DNA from: an uncultured Chlamydiae bacterium | GTDB taxonomy: Bacteria > Chlamydiota > Chlamydiia > Chlamydiales > Parachlamydiaceae | Assembly: GCA_963830365.1 (NCBI GenBank) | Contig: CAWHMU010000031.1 | Span: 1-64,000, forward strand | Direction: 5' to 3' | DNA: 64,000 nt | Shown: positions 20,244 through 29,798 of the stretch, piece after piece | How the letters are laid out: every line of letters begins with the position of its first letter | Numbering within the stretch: the first letter of the stretch is position 1 | Position numbers and translations under genes: made by a program | Notes under the pieces: generated by a model | Database searches by the model: none | Told to the model about the DNA's origin: nothing | The model's input: only the letters and a program-made list of their open reading frames with translations

Positions 20244-20579
20244 TCATACTAGCGAGTTTAAAAAGCCGTTGATGATTGCCAAAACTAAAGCAAAAGCCAG
20301 CGCCCACCAAAAGCCATCCACCTGAAAGCCCGGCACGATGGCGCTAACCAGCAATACCAGCCCTCCAATGATGACGAAGGTGAAGAGCCCTAAGGTCAGA
20401 ATATTGATCGGCAATGTCAGCAAGAATATCAGCGGTCTGATCAGCGTATTAATTATCGCCAGCACCACTGCCACGATCAACGCCGTACCAAAACCAGCCA
20501 GGTGCACCCCTGGCAGGATGTTTGCCGCCACGAAGACAGCTATCGTACTGAGGATAAGAGTTAACAATACTTGTTGCAT
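20244..20579 (-). CDS. YvlD/DUF360 'phage holin family' membrane protein
   Basis: NTLIRPLIFLLTLPINILTLGLFTFVI and VPGFQVDGFWWAL. ATG at 20579. Confidence 0.88.
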   Translation of the reverse strand: MQQVLLTLILSTIAVFVAANILPGVHLAGFGTALIVAVVLAIINTLIRPLIFLLTLPINILTLGLFTFVIIGGLVLLVSAIVPGFQVDGFWWALAFALVLAIINGFLNSLV

Positions 20580-20670
20580 AAAGCTTCTCCCGAAGTTTTC
20601 ACTTAATGTTGTGACTATAAAGCATTTCGCGCCAGCAAAATATCCATTTGCCCCACCACACCATAATTCA

Positions 20671-20792
20671 CACCACAGAGACACAGAGGCACAGAGAAGC
20701 CAAAGGCATGGCCGTAATTGGTGTTGAAGGTGACTTTTTGAAAATTTTACAGCATCGTTGCGCCTTCTCTGTGTCTCTGTGCCTCTGTGGTG
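20671..20792. repeat. Inverted pair of CACCACAGAG(A/G)CACAGAG repeats
   Basis: caccacagagacacagaggcacagaga (20671-20697) and tctctgtgtctctgtgcctctgtggtg (20766-20792). Confidence 0.8.
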
Positions 20793-20802
20793 AAGCCTTA
20801 AG

Positions 20803-22441
20803 TTAAGGCACAATGGCCAGCTTCAGCGGCTTGTCGTAAATCACGGTCGAAGCCTGCTCGCGCTGCCATCTTTGCAGCACGCCCGGCAAATTAATGCGAT
20901 AACTTGACAGCTTAAACCAGCTTTTCCAGTCTTCAGTCTCTGGACCGATATGCTCTGGCGCCTTACCGGGCGGCACAAAAGCCTTGCCGCCATCACCGCG
21001 GCCATTTCCCAGGCATAGTTTAACAAATGCCAGCGTAAAAGCCGCCACGCCTTCAAATACGACCTTCACCGCCCGGGATACTGCCCCAGCGACTTTCCCG
21101 GCGGCAAGGCGGATAAAATCAGGCAGCACATTCACCATCTGAGACATACCGGCATAGATCATCTGTTTGGCTTTACTGAAAAATGCCGCTACCTCGCCGA
21201 GCCAAGCAGGGGCTATTTGTTTGATCAACGATGTTAAACGGATTTCTGTCGGCACCTTGATCCCTGCCACACCCATGGCATAGCGGATATAAGTGGAGCA
21301 GTTTTGCCGGGTGATGTGGAAACCGATGGGATTGCCCAAATTCACCGCGCCGCGATGATACTTCATGGTATATTGATTGAGGGCTTTTGCCTCAGCTTGA
21401 GAAATCGGAATATTGGTGACGAGGCGCTGATCGCAGGCTTTATATTCCCATATATCCGGTGATCGGAATTGTCCTTGTCCTGAGGCCAATGTGGAGACTT
21501 CGTTTTGCCAGCCATAACCTACCTCATAAACCTCTCCCTTATGCGTGTGCATTTCCGGATTGTCTTTGCCTATGATGACGCGCAGATAGGGGTGCTTGGG
21601 ATTGACCACGAAATTATGCAGATTCGTATCGGCTCCCTTAACGTAGGATGTAACCAGTTGCAGCACATGCGGGCGCTCCCTGATTGCGGATTTGCCGTTC
21701 TTCGGCGGTAAGACTCTCTTCTTCTGGGCGGATGAAGAGCTGCGCTTTGTCCCGCACTTTAGCGTAATCGTTATCTGTGAGCAGGCTTGTGGGCGTATTT
21801 TCTGTCAGATATGGATGATGCGGCTCCAGTCCCAGCCCATTGTCAAGATAAGTGTAGACTTCAGAAGTCTCTTTATGCACCAGGAAAGTTTCGCGATAAC
21901 GCTTGGAATAGACAGGCTCAAACTGGGCCTTGAGTTCTGGCCATGTCATCCACTCCCCTTTTACCAATAAGGCGGGTTCACTATCAATTTCCCGTAGCCG
22001 ATCGCGCGTGACTTTCAATTGACTGTCCAAGCCCGAGGCCTGCATAAATCGACAAAATTCGGGGTGCTTGCGGAAGATTGTGTCTGGCAAACCGTAGCGC
22101 TGCCATTTTTGGTAGTCGGCCTGGTTGTCGGCTTGCTCGAAGGTGAATTCCGGGCGGAGTTTGACAATTTCGCGATCGAAGAGGCGCACGATGGCATTAT
22201 TTGGCTCGCTTTTGATCAATGCTGCCGCAAGCTGCAGATAGCGCTGCTGCTCAACACCTTCGCTTTTAAGCAGTTTTTCTTGCACAAACGAGGTGATCTT
22301 TAACAGTTGCTGGTTATGGTGCTCACTGGAAACAAAACGCTTCAGCCTTTCTTTAGTTGAACAAGGTTCAAATATCCCACCTTGCAATTCGACAGCCTGG
22401 CTTTTAGACAACCAATCCGTCGCTTCCACGAAATTAACCAT
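20803..22441 (-). CDS. Hypothetical protein (about 545 aa), frameshift near 21680
   Basis: Overlapping same-strand ORFs 21638..22441 and 20803..21666; contains HPYL and NCSTY motifs. Confidence 0.65.
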
Positions 22442-22566
22442 AATCCCCCAAAATGTATGCTATTAGCCGGCATTTTAGCAGAAGATTGTTAATTTCCTAT
22501 AAAGAAAAATGATAAAGCAAAACAATACAGTCATTCTACACGCAATCAAATTTTGAATAACATCCA

Positions 22567-22594
22567 TAAAGGAGCCCCGCACGGGGCTCCTTTA
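22567..22594. terminator. Intrinsic terminator
   Basis: taaaggagccccg-ca-cggggctccttta, 9 nt beyond the stop at 22603. Confidence 0.75.
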
Positions 22595-22602
22595 AACTTC
22601 CC

Positions 22603-23040
22603 TTATGAGCCAAAATACAACGAGAATCCTGGCGTATAAGAGTCGTAAGTGTTATAGTACGTGGCATTTGGGTCCGTATAATAGTACGTACTGGTTGGGT
22701 AATAATAGCTAGATGGGTACGTGTAATAACTGTACGGATACGAACTATTATTGTAATAGTTATTGTAGTATGGAGTACTATTATAGAGTCCTAATCCATA
22801 CCCTCCATAGTAACCACCCCAGCCGCCATTCCAATTACCACCGTGATGACCCCAACCGCCACCACCCCAGTGGCCGCCGTGGCCGCCATGACCGCCGTGA
22901 CTGCTGTGACCGCCGTGGCCTCCATGGCCGGCAATGAGTGTGGGTTGCGATGTATTTAGACCAATATCACCTGCGTGGGATACGGCAGGGAGTAGCAGGA
23001 AACCAAGTATAGTTATCAATTGAAAACATATGTTCTTCAT
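22603..23040 (-). CDS. Exported Gly/His/Tyr-rich low-complexity protein
   Basis: AAGGAGG RBS, signal peptide, GGH repeats and a Tyr-rich tail; has its own promoter and terminator. Confidence 0.8.
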   Translation of the reverse strand: MKNICFQLITILGFLLLPAVSHAGDIGLNTSQPTLIAGHGGHGGHSSHGGHGGHGGHWGGGGWGHHGGNWNGGWGGYYGGYGLGLYNSTPYYNNYYNNSSYPYSYYTYPSSYYYPTSTYYYTDPNATYYNTYDSYTPGFSLYFGS

Positions 23041-23089
23041 ATTATCCTCCTTGTTTAACGAGAAAACAATTAGGGCCTTTCAATTTTTA

Positions 23090-23118
23090 ATTATAGACTT
23101 GAGTATTTAAAAAGTCAA
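23090..23118 (-). promoter_or_regulatory. Sigma70/sigma66-type promoter
   Basis: TTGACT-N17-TATAAT on the minus strand, 50 nt upstream of the ATG at 23040. Confidence 0.7.
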
Positions 23119-23185
23119 ATTCACACACTATATTGCAATTATAATATTTATAGGCATTACTTTTTAGATGTTTTCCGGTGAGTAT

Positions 23186-24513
23186 GGCTCATCGTGCAAA
23201 TGAGTACCTAACTTTGTGTAAACTATAGAGACGTAATTTAAAATACTCCATATCTCGAAATCCGTAAGCTTGGCGCTTCATTGTTTTAATCTTGTTATTG
23301 ATCCCCTCAGTCTTTGCATTGGTGATGGGATGTTTAAAATAGTTTACCAATCCTTGCCAATGCCTAAGCAGGGTTTTTCCTGCCTTCTCCAGCTCATGTA
23401 TCCCTGACTCCATAGTATCCATTATCCACCAAGCAAGAAATCTAGCCCCCTCTTTCACCGTCTGTTTAGACCAAAATTGACGAATTTGCTCCTTCATTGC
23501 ATGAGCCAAGGCTATCGGTTGATTTACTTCTAAAAGGCATTCCAAACTACTTTTTCTCTTAGAATCAAGTTTTTCATAGTTCCTTAAAAGTAAAAATCTC
23601 ATTCCTTTAATGACTCTTAAGCCAACTTCATTGCATTTTGCCTGCTGATCTCTCCGGATTTCCTCGATTGCCGTATTCAATAATGCCACGACATGAAATC
23701 GATCAAATACTATGTCAACATCCGGTAAATGATTTTGTACAGCTGATGCATAGGCTGCATTCATGTCCATAGCCATCGCTTTGAGCTGTAAAGCCTTTTC
23801 CTTCAACTCTAAGAGGAATGGGATTACGCTTCCCATGCTTTTACCTTCTACGGCGTGAATGATTTCTCCTGTCTCAAGGTTGATGAAAATCGTCATGTAT
23901 TCATGCCCTTTTCGAATACTAAACTCATCGATGCCCACGTATCGAAGGGATGTAAAATCGAAACTCTTATACTCCCTCTGAAGATATGCTTTATGTATAC
24001 CCTTCACGAGACTCCAAGAAACCCCAAGGAATTTTGCCACATGTTCTATTGTTGCAAACCCCATAAGATTAATGACAAACTTCTCAAAGGAAGTGGTATA
24101 ACGCTTTCTGGGCTTGACAAAGGGAATCGGGGGCCACCAAACGTGTAGGCAATTGACGCATTGAAGACGATGTAGCCGCAGGTTGAGAAAAGCCATTTTG
24201 TTCCCTAGAGGGGCCATGCGAAGCCTACGTAACTTCAGTCCCTTCGAATATGGATTCACTGTTCCCACAGCAAGGACAAAGTGTTTTTTTGGGTTGAAGA
24301 AGCGCCTCGAAAAGTATTTTGTCTTCATGATATTCACGATTCAGGACTTGAACATCTTCGATCTGATTGGTATGGTAAAGCAGTGAAGCAGGCATATTAA
24401 ATCTCCTTTTTTGTCGAAGGATTTAATAAATTGTCTGCTTCTCTTTTTCAACTAGTTAAACTAGCCCCATTTCTTCGTTCTCCTCGGCTAGGTACTCATT
24501 TGCGCGATGAGCC
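23186..24513 (-). mobile_element. ISL3 family insertion sequence
   Basis: IRs ggctcatcgtgcaaatgagtaccta / taggtactcatttgcgcgatgagcc; 8-bp duplication gtgagtat at 23178-23185 and 24514-24521. Confidence 0.95.
23189..24395 (-). CDS. ISL3 transposase; frameshift near 24250
   Basis: ATG at 24395 with RBS reads to CPCCG. The main frame has VGIDEF, AMDMNAAY, VFDRFHV and TNAKTEGINNKIKTMKRQAYGFRD. Confidence 0.93.
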
Positions 24514-24522
24514 GTGAGTATT

Positions 24523-25245
24523 GGCTCATCACACAAATGAGTGCCTCGCCTTATGTGAATTAATCGAGGTCGTTGCAAATAATGCATCATAAAAATCCTC
24601 AAATTGCACATTCGCTCCTGTGAAGGTAGGAGGTTAGCTCGTACTGCCATATAAGCGACAGGGCGCAAGCCATGAGAACATTTTTAAAGCCTCGATAGAG
24701 GCGGAAGCATGTAGCCACATGCTTCAGCGTGTGGTCATGCATGTTTAGAAACAAAGCCGTGAATACGGCGACAGCAATGACTAAAGGATATTATATGGTA
24801 TAATAATCGCATTTAATTCAACTTTCCTCGAAGTTGCTGTCGCCGTATTCACGGCTCTCTTTTTGCTACATTTCATTCCATAGGTTGACACCTATGGCTA
24901 CATGCTTCCGCCTCTATCGAGGCAATTGCAGAAGTGTTTTGCGTGTTATACACGATTCTTTGGAAGCCAATCATACCCGGGATCGGAAATAATCGATTAT
25001 AGAGCGCTGAACTACACAAAAACGCGAGCTTTACCCCAGGAATTCACAATATGTTCAATTTAAATGTATTTACTGTCACTTTTGCAATTGCCTTTCTCTG
25101 GGCTAACTAGACCTTCTGTGCTTGAATGTCGATTTGTTTCAAAAAGAACCTTACAAATATATTGTTAATTCTCGTTTTTCAACCAGCCATTATTAAGTCT
25201 TTTTAACGAATCCTCTCGGACAGGTACGCGATTGTGCGATGAACC
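24523..25245. mobile_element. Non-autonomous ISL3-ended element (MITE), copy 1
   Basis: IRs ggctcatcacacaaatgagtgcct / aggtacgcgattgtgcgatgaacc; duplication tgagtatt at 24515-24522 and 25246-25253; no transposase. Homologous to 38055-40320. Confidence 0.88.
24689..24923. repeat. REP/REPIN-like nested palindrome inside MITE copy 1
   Basis: Outer arms gcctcgatagaggcggaagcatgtagcca and its inverse; inner arms agccgtgaatacggcgacagcaa and its inverse. Confidence 0.82.
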
Positions 25246-25269
25246 TGAGTATTGACCGCAGCCTATTTT

Positions 25270-26577
25270 CTAAATATCGACTTTGCTTTGTTCGGCAGGG
25301 CGCCTTGCTAGCAAAAGACAACTTCCGGCGCTAATTAAAGCGCATACAATCAGGAACCAGATACCGCTGCCCGGGGCGTTGGTATACTGGATTAAGGCCG
25401 TAATGAGAATGGGGGCAGCGCCCATCATGGCATAGGTGATATTATAACAAGCGGCAATGCCTGTATAGCGCACCTTGGTCGGAAAAAGTGCCGCCAACAG
25501 GGGAAAATAACACACCGTCAGCAACGCAATCACGGTTTGGTAGATGAGCATAAATGCAATCAATGGCATGCGGCCGCCGCCAGGCAGCAGCTTAAATAAC
25601 GGAAAGGCACACAATATAAAGGCAAGGCAAGCTCCTACAAACACACGCGCTTTACCCACCCAATCGGCCAGCCAGCCGCTGACAGGCAGTACAAGTGCCG
25701 ACCAGAGCAAACCCCAGGTCATCGCTAGGTAAATATCGCTGGCTGGATAGCTGTAATAGCTACCCAAATAAGTGGGCAGATAAAGCGCAAAGATCACGAG
25801 GGCAGCCACACAACCTGTCATGCCGATACCAAGCAGAACTTCACGTTGATAGCTGCGCAGCAGGCAAAGCAGCGGTTCTTTTATCGATGCCGGCAGGCTT
25901 GAACTTTGCTGGCTTGAAGCTTGCCGCTTATTTTCTTGCAGACGCGAAAATTCAGGCGTTTCCTGCAAGTATCGGCGGATGAAATAGTTAACCACCGCTA
26001 AAAGGCCGCCCAATAGAAATGGTATACGCCAGCCCCAACTCAAGATCTGCGCTTGGGCTAGATTTTGCGTCAGCAGATAAAGGATGAAGGAGGCTAGCAT
26101 CGATCCCAGGCTGACACTCGAAATGACAAACCCTGAATATGAACCATGCTTGGACTTTTCGGCATATTCACATACCACCGTAATCGCCCCCGGCAGCTCA
26201 GCCCCGAAAGACAGTCCTTGTAATATCCTCAATAGCACCAGCAGGCAAGAGGCGGCCGGGCCAATCTGGGCATAGGTCGGGAGCAGCCCGATGCTGAACG
26301 TTGATAACGCCATCAGCAACATCACACTGAGAAAGGTTTTTTTTCGTCCAAAAGTATCGCCGAGCATGCCAAAAAATATGCCACCGAAGGGCCGGATGAG
26401 ATAGCCGACGGCAAAGACGGCAAAAGCTTTGAGCAGTCCAATCCAGGGCTCATCGCTGGCGAAGAATAGCTGGCTCAAATGTCCGGCCATCATGCCATAG
26501 ATAATAAAATCGTAATACTCCAGGCCGGCACCAAGGCTGGCAAGGAAGGTGGCTCTTATGGCAGGCTTTGTCATCAT
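25270..26577 (-). CDS. MFS transporter, ProP/metabolite:H+ symporter family
   Basis: LEYYDF, RPFGGIFFGMLGDTFGRK, GLLPTYAQIG, GWRIPFLLGG, LQETPEF. Confidence 0.92.
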   Translation of the reverse strand: MMTKPAIRATFLASLGAGLEYYDFIIYGMMAGHLSQLFFASDEPWIGLLKAFAVFAVGYLIRPFGGIFFGMLGDTFGRKKTFLSVMLLMALSTFSIGLLPTYAQIGPAASCLLVLLRILQGLSFGAELPGAITVVCEYAEKSKHGSYSGFVISSVSLGSMLASFILYLLTQNLAQAQILSWGWRIPFLLGGLLAVVNYFIRRYLQETPEFSRLQENKRQASSQQSSSLPASIKEPLLCLLRSYQREVLLGIGMTGCVAALVIFALYLPTYLGSYYSYPASDIYLAMTWGLLWSALVLPVSGWLADWVGKARVFVGACLAFILCAFPLFKLLPGGGRMPLIAFMLIYQTVIALLTVCYFPLLAALFPTKVRYTGIAACYNITYAMMGAAPILITALIQYTNAPGSGIWFLIVCALISAGSCLLLARRPAEQSKVDI

Positions 26578-26777
26578 TCCCCAAGTGTTAAAGCGGATGT
26601 GCCAGCTAGCATAGCCGATTTATCAATATGCTAAAAGCTCGACTTCGCAAGTTGCATGGACGTGGCGGACAGGCTAGGCTAATTTGACACCGACTGCGTA
26701 CAAATATTTTTATTTTGATGACATTCGGCTGAATGTTGTGCTAAAAAAAAAATGGCATAACTTATCAGAGGCTGGCA

Positions 26778-28388
26778 ATGAAAATTGATTCGGTTCCTAT
26801 TCAAGTTCACATCTCCCCTTTGCTATCTAAGATCATGACCCCACAGGCGGCAAAATTTTTAGCCGTGCTGCATGAGAAATTCAATCCCCAACGCCTGGCA
26901 CTGTTGAACCTGCGCAGTCAAAGACAGCAGGCATTAGATGAGGGAATACTCCCCGCTTTTCCAACAAACCATCCTGCCAGACAAGATAGCAACTGGCTGG
27001 TAGCCCCGCCGCCGGCCGACCTGCAGCAGCGCTGGGTGGAAATCACCGGACCTACCGATGCCAAAATGATGATCAACGCCTTGAATTCAGGCGCCGATGT
27101 CTTCATGGCGGATTTCGAAGATGCCAATGCGCCGACATGGAAAAACATGCTGGAGGGGCAGCATCATCTCATCGAAGCTGTGGCAGGCAGGTTATCGTTA
27201 ACTACGCCAGAAGGCAAATGCTACCAGCTAAATGATAAACTTGCGACATTGATGGTGCGGCCGCGCGGCTGGCATCTACTCGAAAAGCATTGCCTGGTCG
27301 AAGGACAGCCGATCTCAGCCTCGCTTTTCGATTTCGGCCTATATTTTTTCCACAATGCGACAGCGCTGCTCAAAAAAAACACCGCCCCATATTTCTATCT
27401 GCCGAAATTGGAAAATCACCTTGAGGCAAGACTTTGGAATGACATCTTCCTCTTTGCCCAGCAGGAATTAAAAATTCCCAAAGGCACCATCCGCGCTACC
27501 GTGCTGATCGAAACCATCCTGGCAGCGTTTGAGATGACGGAGATCTTGTATGAACTGCGCGAGCATTCGGCAGGACTTAATGCCGGCCGCTGGGATTATA
27601 TCTTCAGCATCATCAAGAAATTCCACCACCACAAGAATTTCCTATTCCCAGACCGCGCCCAGATTACCATGTCCGTACCCTTTATGCAGTCCTATACTAA
27701 ATTGTTAGTCCAAACATGCCACCGCCATGGCGCACACGCCATCGGCGGCATGGCGGCCTTCATTCCCAGCCGCAAAGATGCCGCGCTCAATGCCACCGCG
27801 CTGGCCAAGGTGCGCGAAGACAAGCTGCGCGAGTCTGCCCAGGGCTTCGACGGCACCTGGGTAGCACACCCCGACCTCGTCCCTCTTGCCCACGACATCT
27901 TCAAGGAGGCTTTACATGGCCAGCCCCACCAAAAGACCAAACAGCTTGACGAGGCACATATCAATGCGGACGATTTGCTGAATTTCAACATCGCTGCCGC
28001 CAGCATCACCGAAGATGGCATGCGCAAAAACATCTCCATCGCCCTGCAATATTTGCACGCCTGGCTTGGCGGCATGGGAGCTGTGGCCCTCTTCAACCTG
28101 ATGGAAGATGCTGCTACCGCCGAAATCTCAAGAGCCCAGCTGTGGCAATGGGTGCATCATCCTAACGCCCAGCTGGCAGATGGTAGGGTGATTACTAAAG
28201 AACTGTATCAAAGCCTGGCAGATCAGGAATTGGAAAACATCACCGCATTATACCCTAAAGAACTGTTATCACCAGACCGACTGGGCGCCGCCCGCGGCCT
28301 GCTTGATCAGTTGGTATTAGAGGCAAAGTTCGCTGAATTCATGACATCACCGGCTTACGACATCCTGCTAAAAGAGGTTAAAAAATAA
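26778..28388 (+). CDS. aceB: Malate synthase A
   Basis: VEITGP, FMADFED, LMVRPRGWHL, YFYLPKLE, GLNAGRWDYIFS, GFDGTWVAHP, LMEDAATAEISRAQLWQW. Confidence 0.96.
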   Translation: MKIDSVPIQVHISPLLSKIMTPQAAKFLAVLHEKFNPQRLALLNLRSQRQQALDEGILPAFPTNHPARQDSNWLVAPPPADLQQRWVEITGPTDAKMMINALNSGADVFMADFEDANAPTWKNMLEGQHHLIEAVAGRLSLTTPEGKCYQLNDKLATLMVRPRGWHLLEKHCLVEGQPISASLFDFGLYFFHNATALLKKNTAPYFYLPKLENHLEARLWNDIFLFAQQELKIPKGTIRATVLIETILAAFEMTEILYELREHSAGLNAGRWDYIFSIIKKFHHHKNFLFPDRAQITMSVPFMQSYTKLLVQTCHRHGAHAIGGMAAFIPSRKDAALNATALAKVREDKLRESAQGFDGTWVAHPDLVPLAHDIFKEALHGQPHQKTKQLDEAHINADDLLNFNIAAASITEDGMRKNISIALQYLHAWLGGMGAVALFNLMEDAATAEISRAQLWQWVHHPNAQLADGRVITKELYQSLADQELENITALYPKELLSPDRLGAARGLLDQLVLEAKFAEFMTSPAYDILLKEVKK

Positions 28389-28394
28389 CTACTT

Positions 28395-29678
28395 ATGTAT
28401 ACAAAACAAGACATCGACAAACTAACTAAAGAATGGCAGTCCAGTCCTCGTTGGCAAGGCATCAATCGCGCCTATAGCGCGGAAAAAGTCGTCAAACTGC
28501 GCGGCTCCCTGCAAATCCCCTATCCCCTCGCACAGCTCGGCGCCGAAAAACTCTGGAAACTGCTGGAAAGCCAGCCTTTCATTCGCGCCATGGGCGCCTT
28601 GACCGGCAACCAGGCCGTGCAGCAAGTGCAGGCGGGTCTAAAAGCCATCTACGTCAGCGGCTGGCAGGTAGCGGCCGATGCCAATGACGCCCTGCAAACT
28701 TATCCCGACCAAAGTCTTTATCCCGTCATGAGCGTACCTCATCTGATCACGCGCCTAAATAACGCCCTGATGCGTGCTGACCAGATCCAACACATTCAAA
28801 ACCATGAGAACATCGATTGGTTCGCGCCTATTGTGGCTGATGCCGAAGCTGGCTTTGGGGGGCCGCTCAACACCTTCGAACTGATCAAAGCCATGATCGT
28901 GGCCGGAGCTGCCGCGGTACACTTGGAAGATCAGGTGTCCTCACTAAAAAAATGCGGCCATATGGGCGGCAAGGTGCTTGAACCCATCTCCACCTTTACC
29001 GAAAAACTCATCGCGGCGCGCCTTGCGGCCGATGTGCTTGGCGTGCCGACTTTGATCATCGCCCGCACTGATGCCGAAGCAGCCTCCTACATCCGCTCAA
29101 GCCCGGGTGCAATCGATGAACCGTTTTTGACCGGCAAGCGCTCACCAGAAGGTTATTTCCATCTCAAAGGCGGCATCGAATATGCCATCATGCGCGGCCG
29201 CGCCTTTGCCCCCTATAGCGATATGGTTTGGTGCGAGACTTCCAAACCCGACCTTAATGAAGCCCGGGACTTTGCCCAAGGCATCCATGAGAAATTTCCA
29301 GGCAAATGGCTGGCCTATAACTGCTCGCCATCGTTCAATTGGTGTCGCCATCTCGATGACAAGGCCATCGCCACCTTCCAAGAAGAATTGGGCGCCATGG
29401 GTTACAAATTTCAGTTTATTACGCTGGCAGGCTTCCACAGTCTCAATGCCGGCATGTTTGAACTGGCCAACGACTACGCCTCCAAAGGCATGGCAGCCTA
29501 TGCCTCCTTCCAACAGCGCGAATTTGAACTGGAAAGCCGTTTCAACTATAAAGCCATCAAACATCAAAGCTTTGTCGGTACCGGCTATTTCGATGAGCTG
29601 CTGCTGGCCGTGTCCGAAAACTACTTCGGCACTCAGGCCCTCAAAGGCTCCACCGAGGAAGCTCAATTTGGGAAATAA
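28395..29678 (+). CDS. aceA: Isocitrate lyase
   Basis: [24 protein letters not shown], catalytic [19 protein letters not shown]. Confidence 0.97.
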   Translation: MYTKQDIDKLTKEWQSSPRWQGINRAYSAEKVVKLRGSLQIPYPLAQLGAEKLWKLLESQPFIRAMGALTGNQAVQQVQAGLKAIYVSGWQVAADANDALQTYPDQSLYPVMSVPHLITRLNNALMRADQIQHIQNHENIDWFAPIVADAEAGFGGPLNTFELIKAMIVAGAAAVHLEDQVSSLKKCGHMGGKVLEPISTFTEKLIAARLAADVLGVPTLIIARTDAEAASYIRSSPGAIDEPFLTGKRSPEGYFHLKGGIEYAIMRGRAFAPYSDMVWCETSKPDLNEARDFAQGIHEKFPGKWLAYNCSPSFNWCRHLDDKAIATFQEELGAMGYKFQFITLAGFHSLNAGMFELANDYASKGMAAYASFQQREFELESRFNYKAIKHQSFVGTGYFDELLLAVSENYFGTQALKGSTEEAQFGK

Positions 29679-29798
29679 ACCCTAATCATTTGTGCCGTCA
29701 AGAAAATGAGTGACCACAGAGAGGGAAGCGTTGATTTATTCTGAGCGGGCATTTTCACCGCAAAGGTGATCAAGGCTAATCATTAGACTCACTTATGG

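Noticed and set aside
20244..20813. Holin as a sign of prophage, and its long N-terminal extension
   Set aside because: YvlD/DUF360 genes are common outside phages and no phage genes are nearby. The extension is just the translated CACAGAG repeat.
24456..24668. Duplicated small ORF (similar to 40193..40393)
   Set aside because: The similarity comes from the MITE itself, and both ORFs run across element boundaries.
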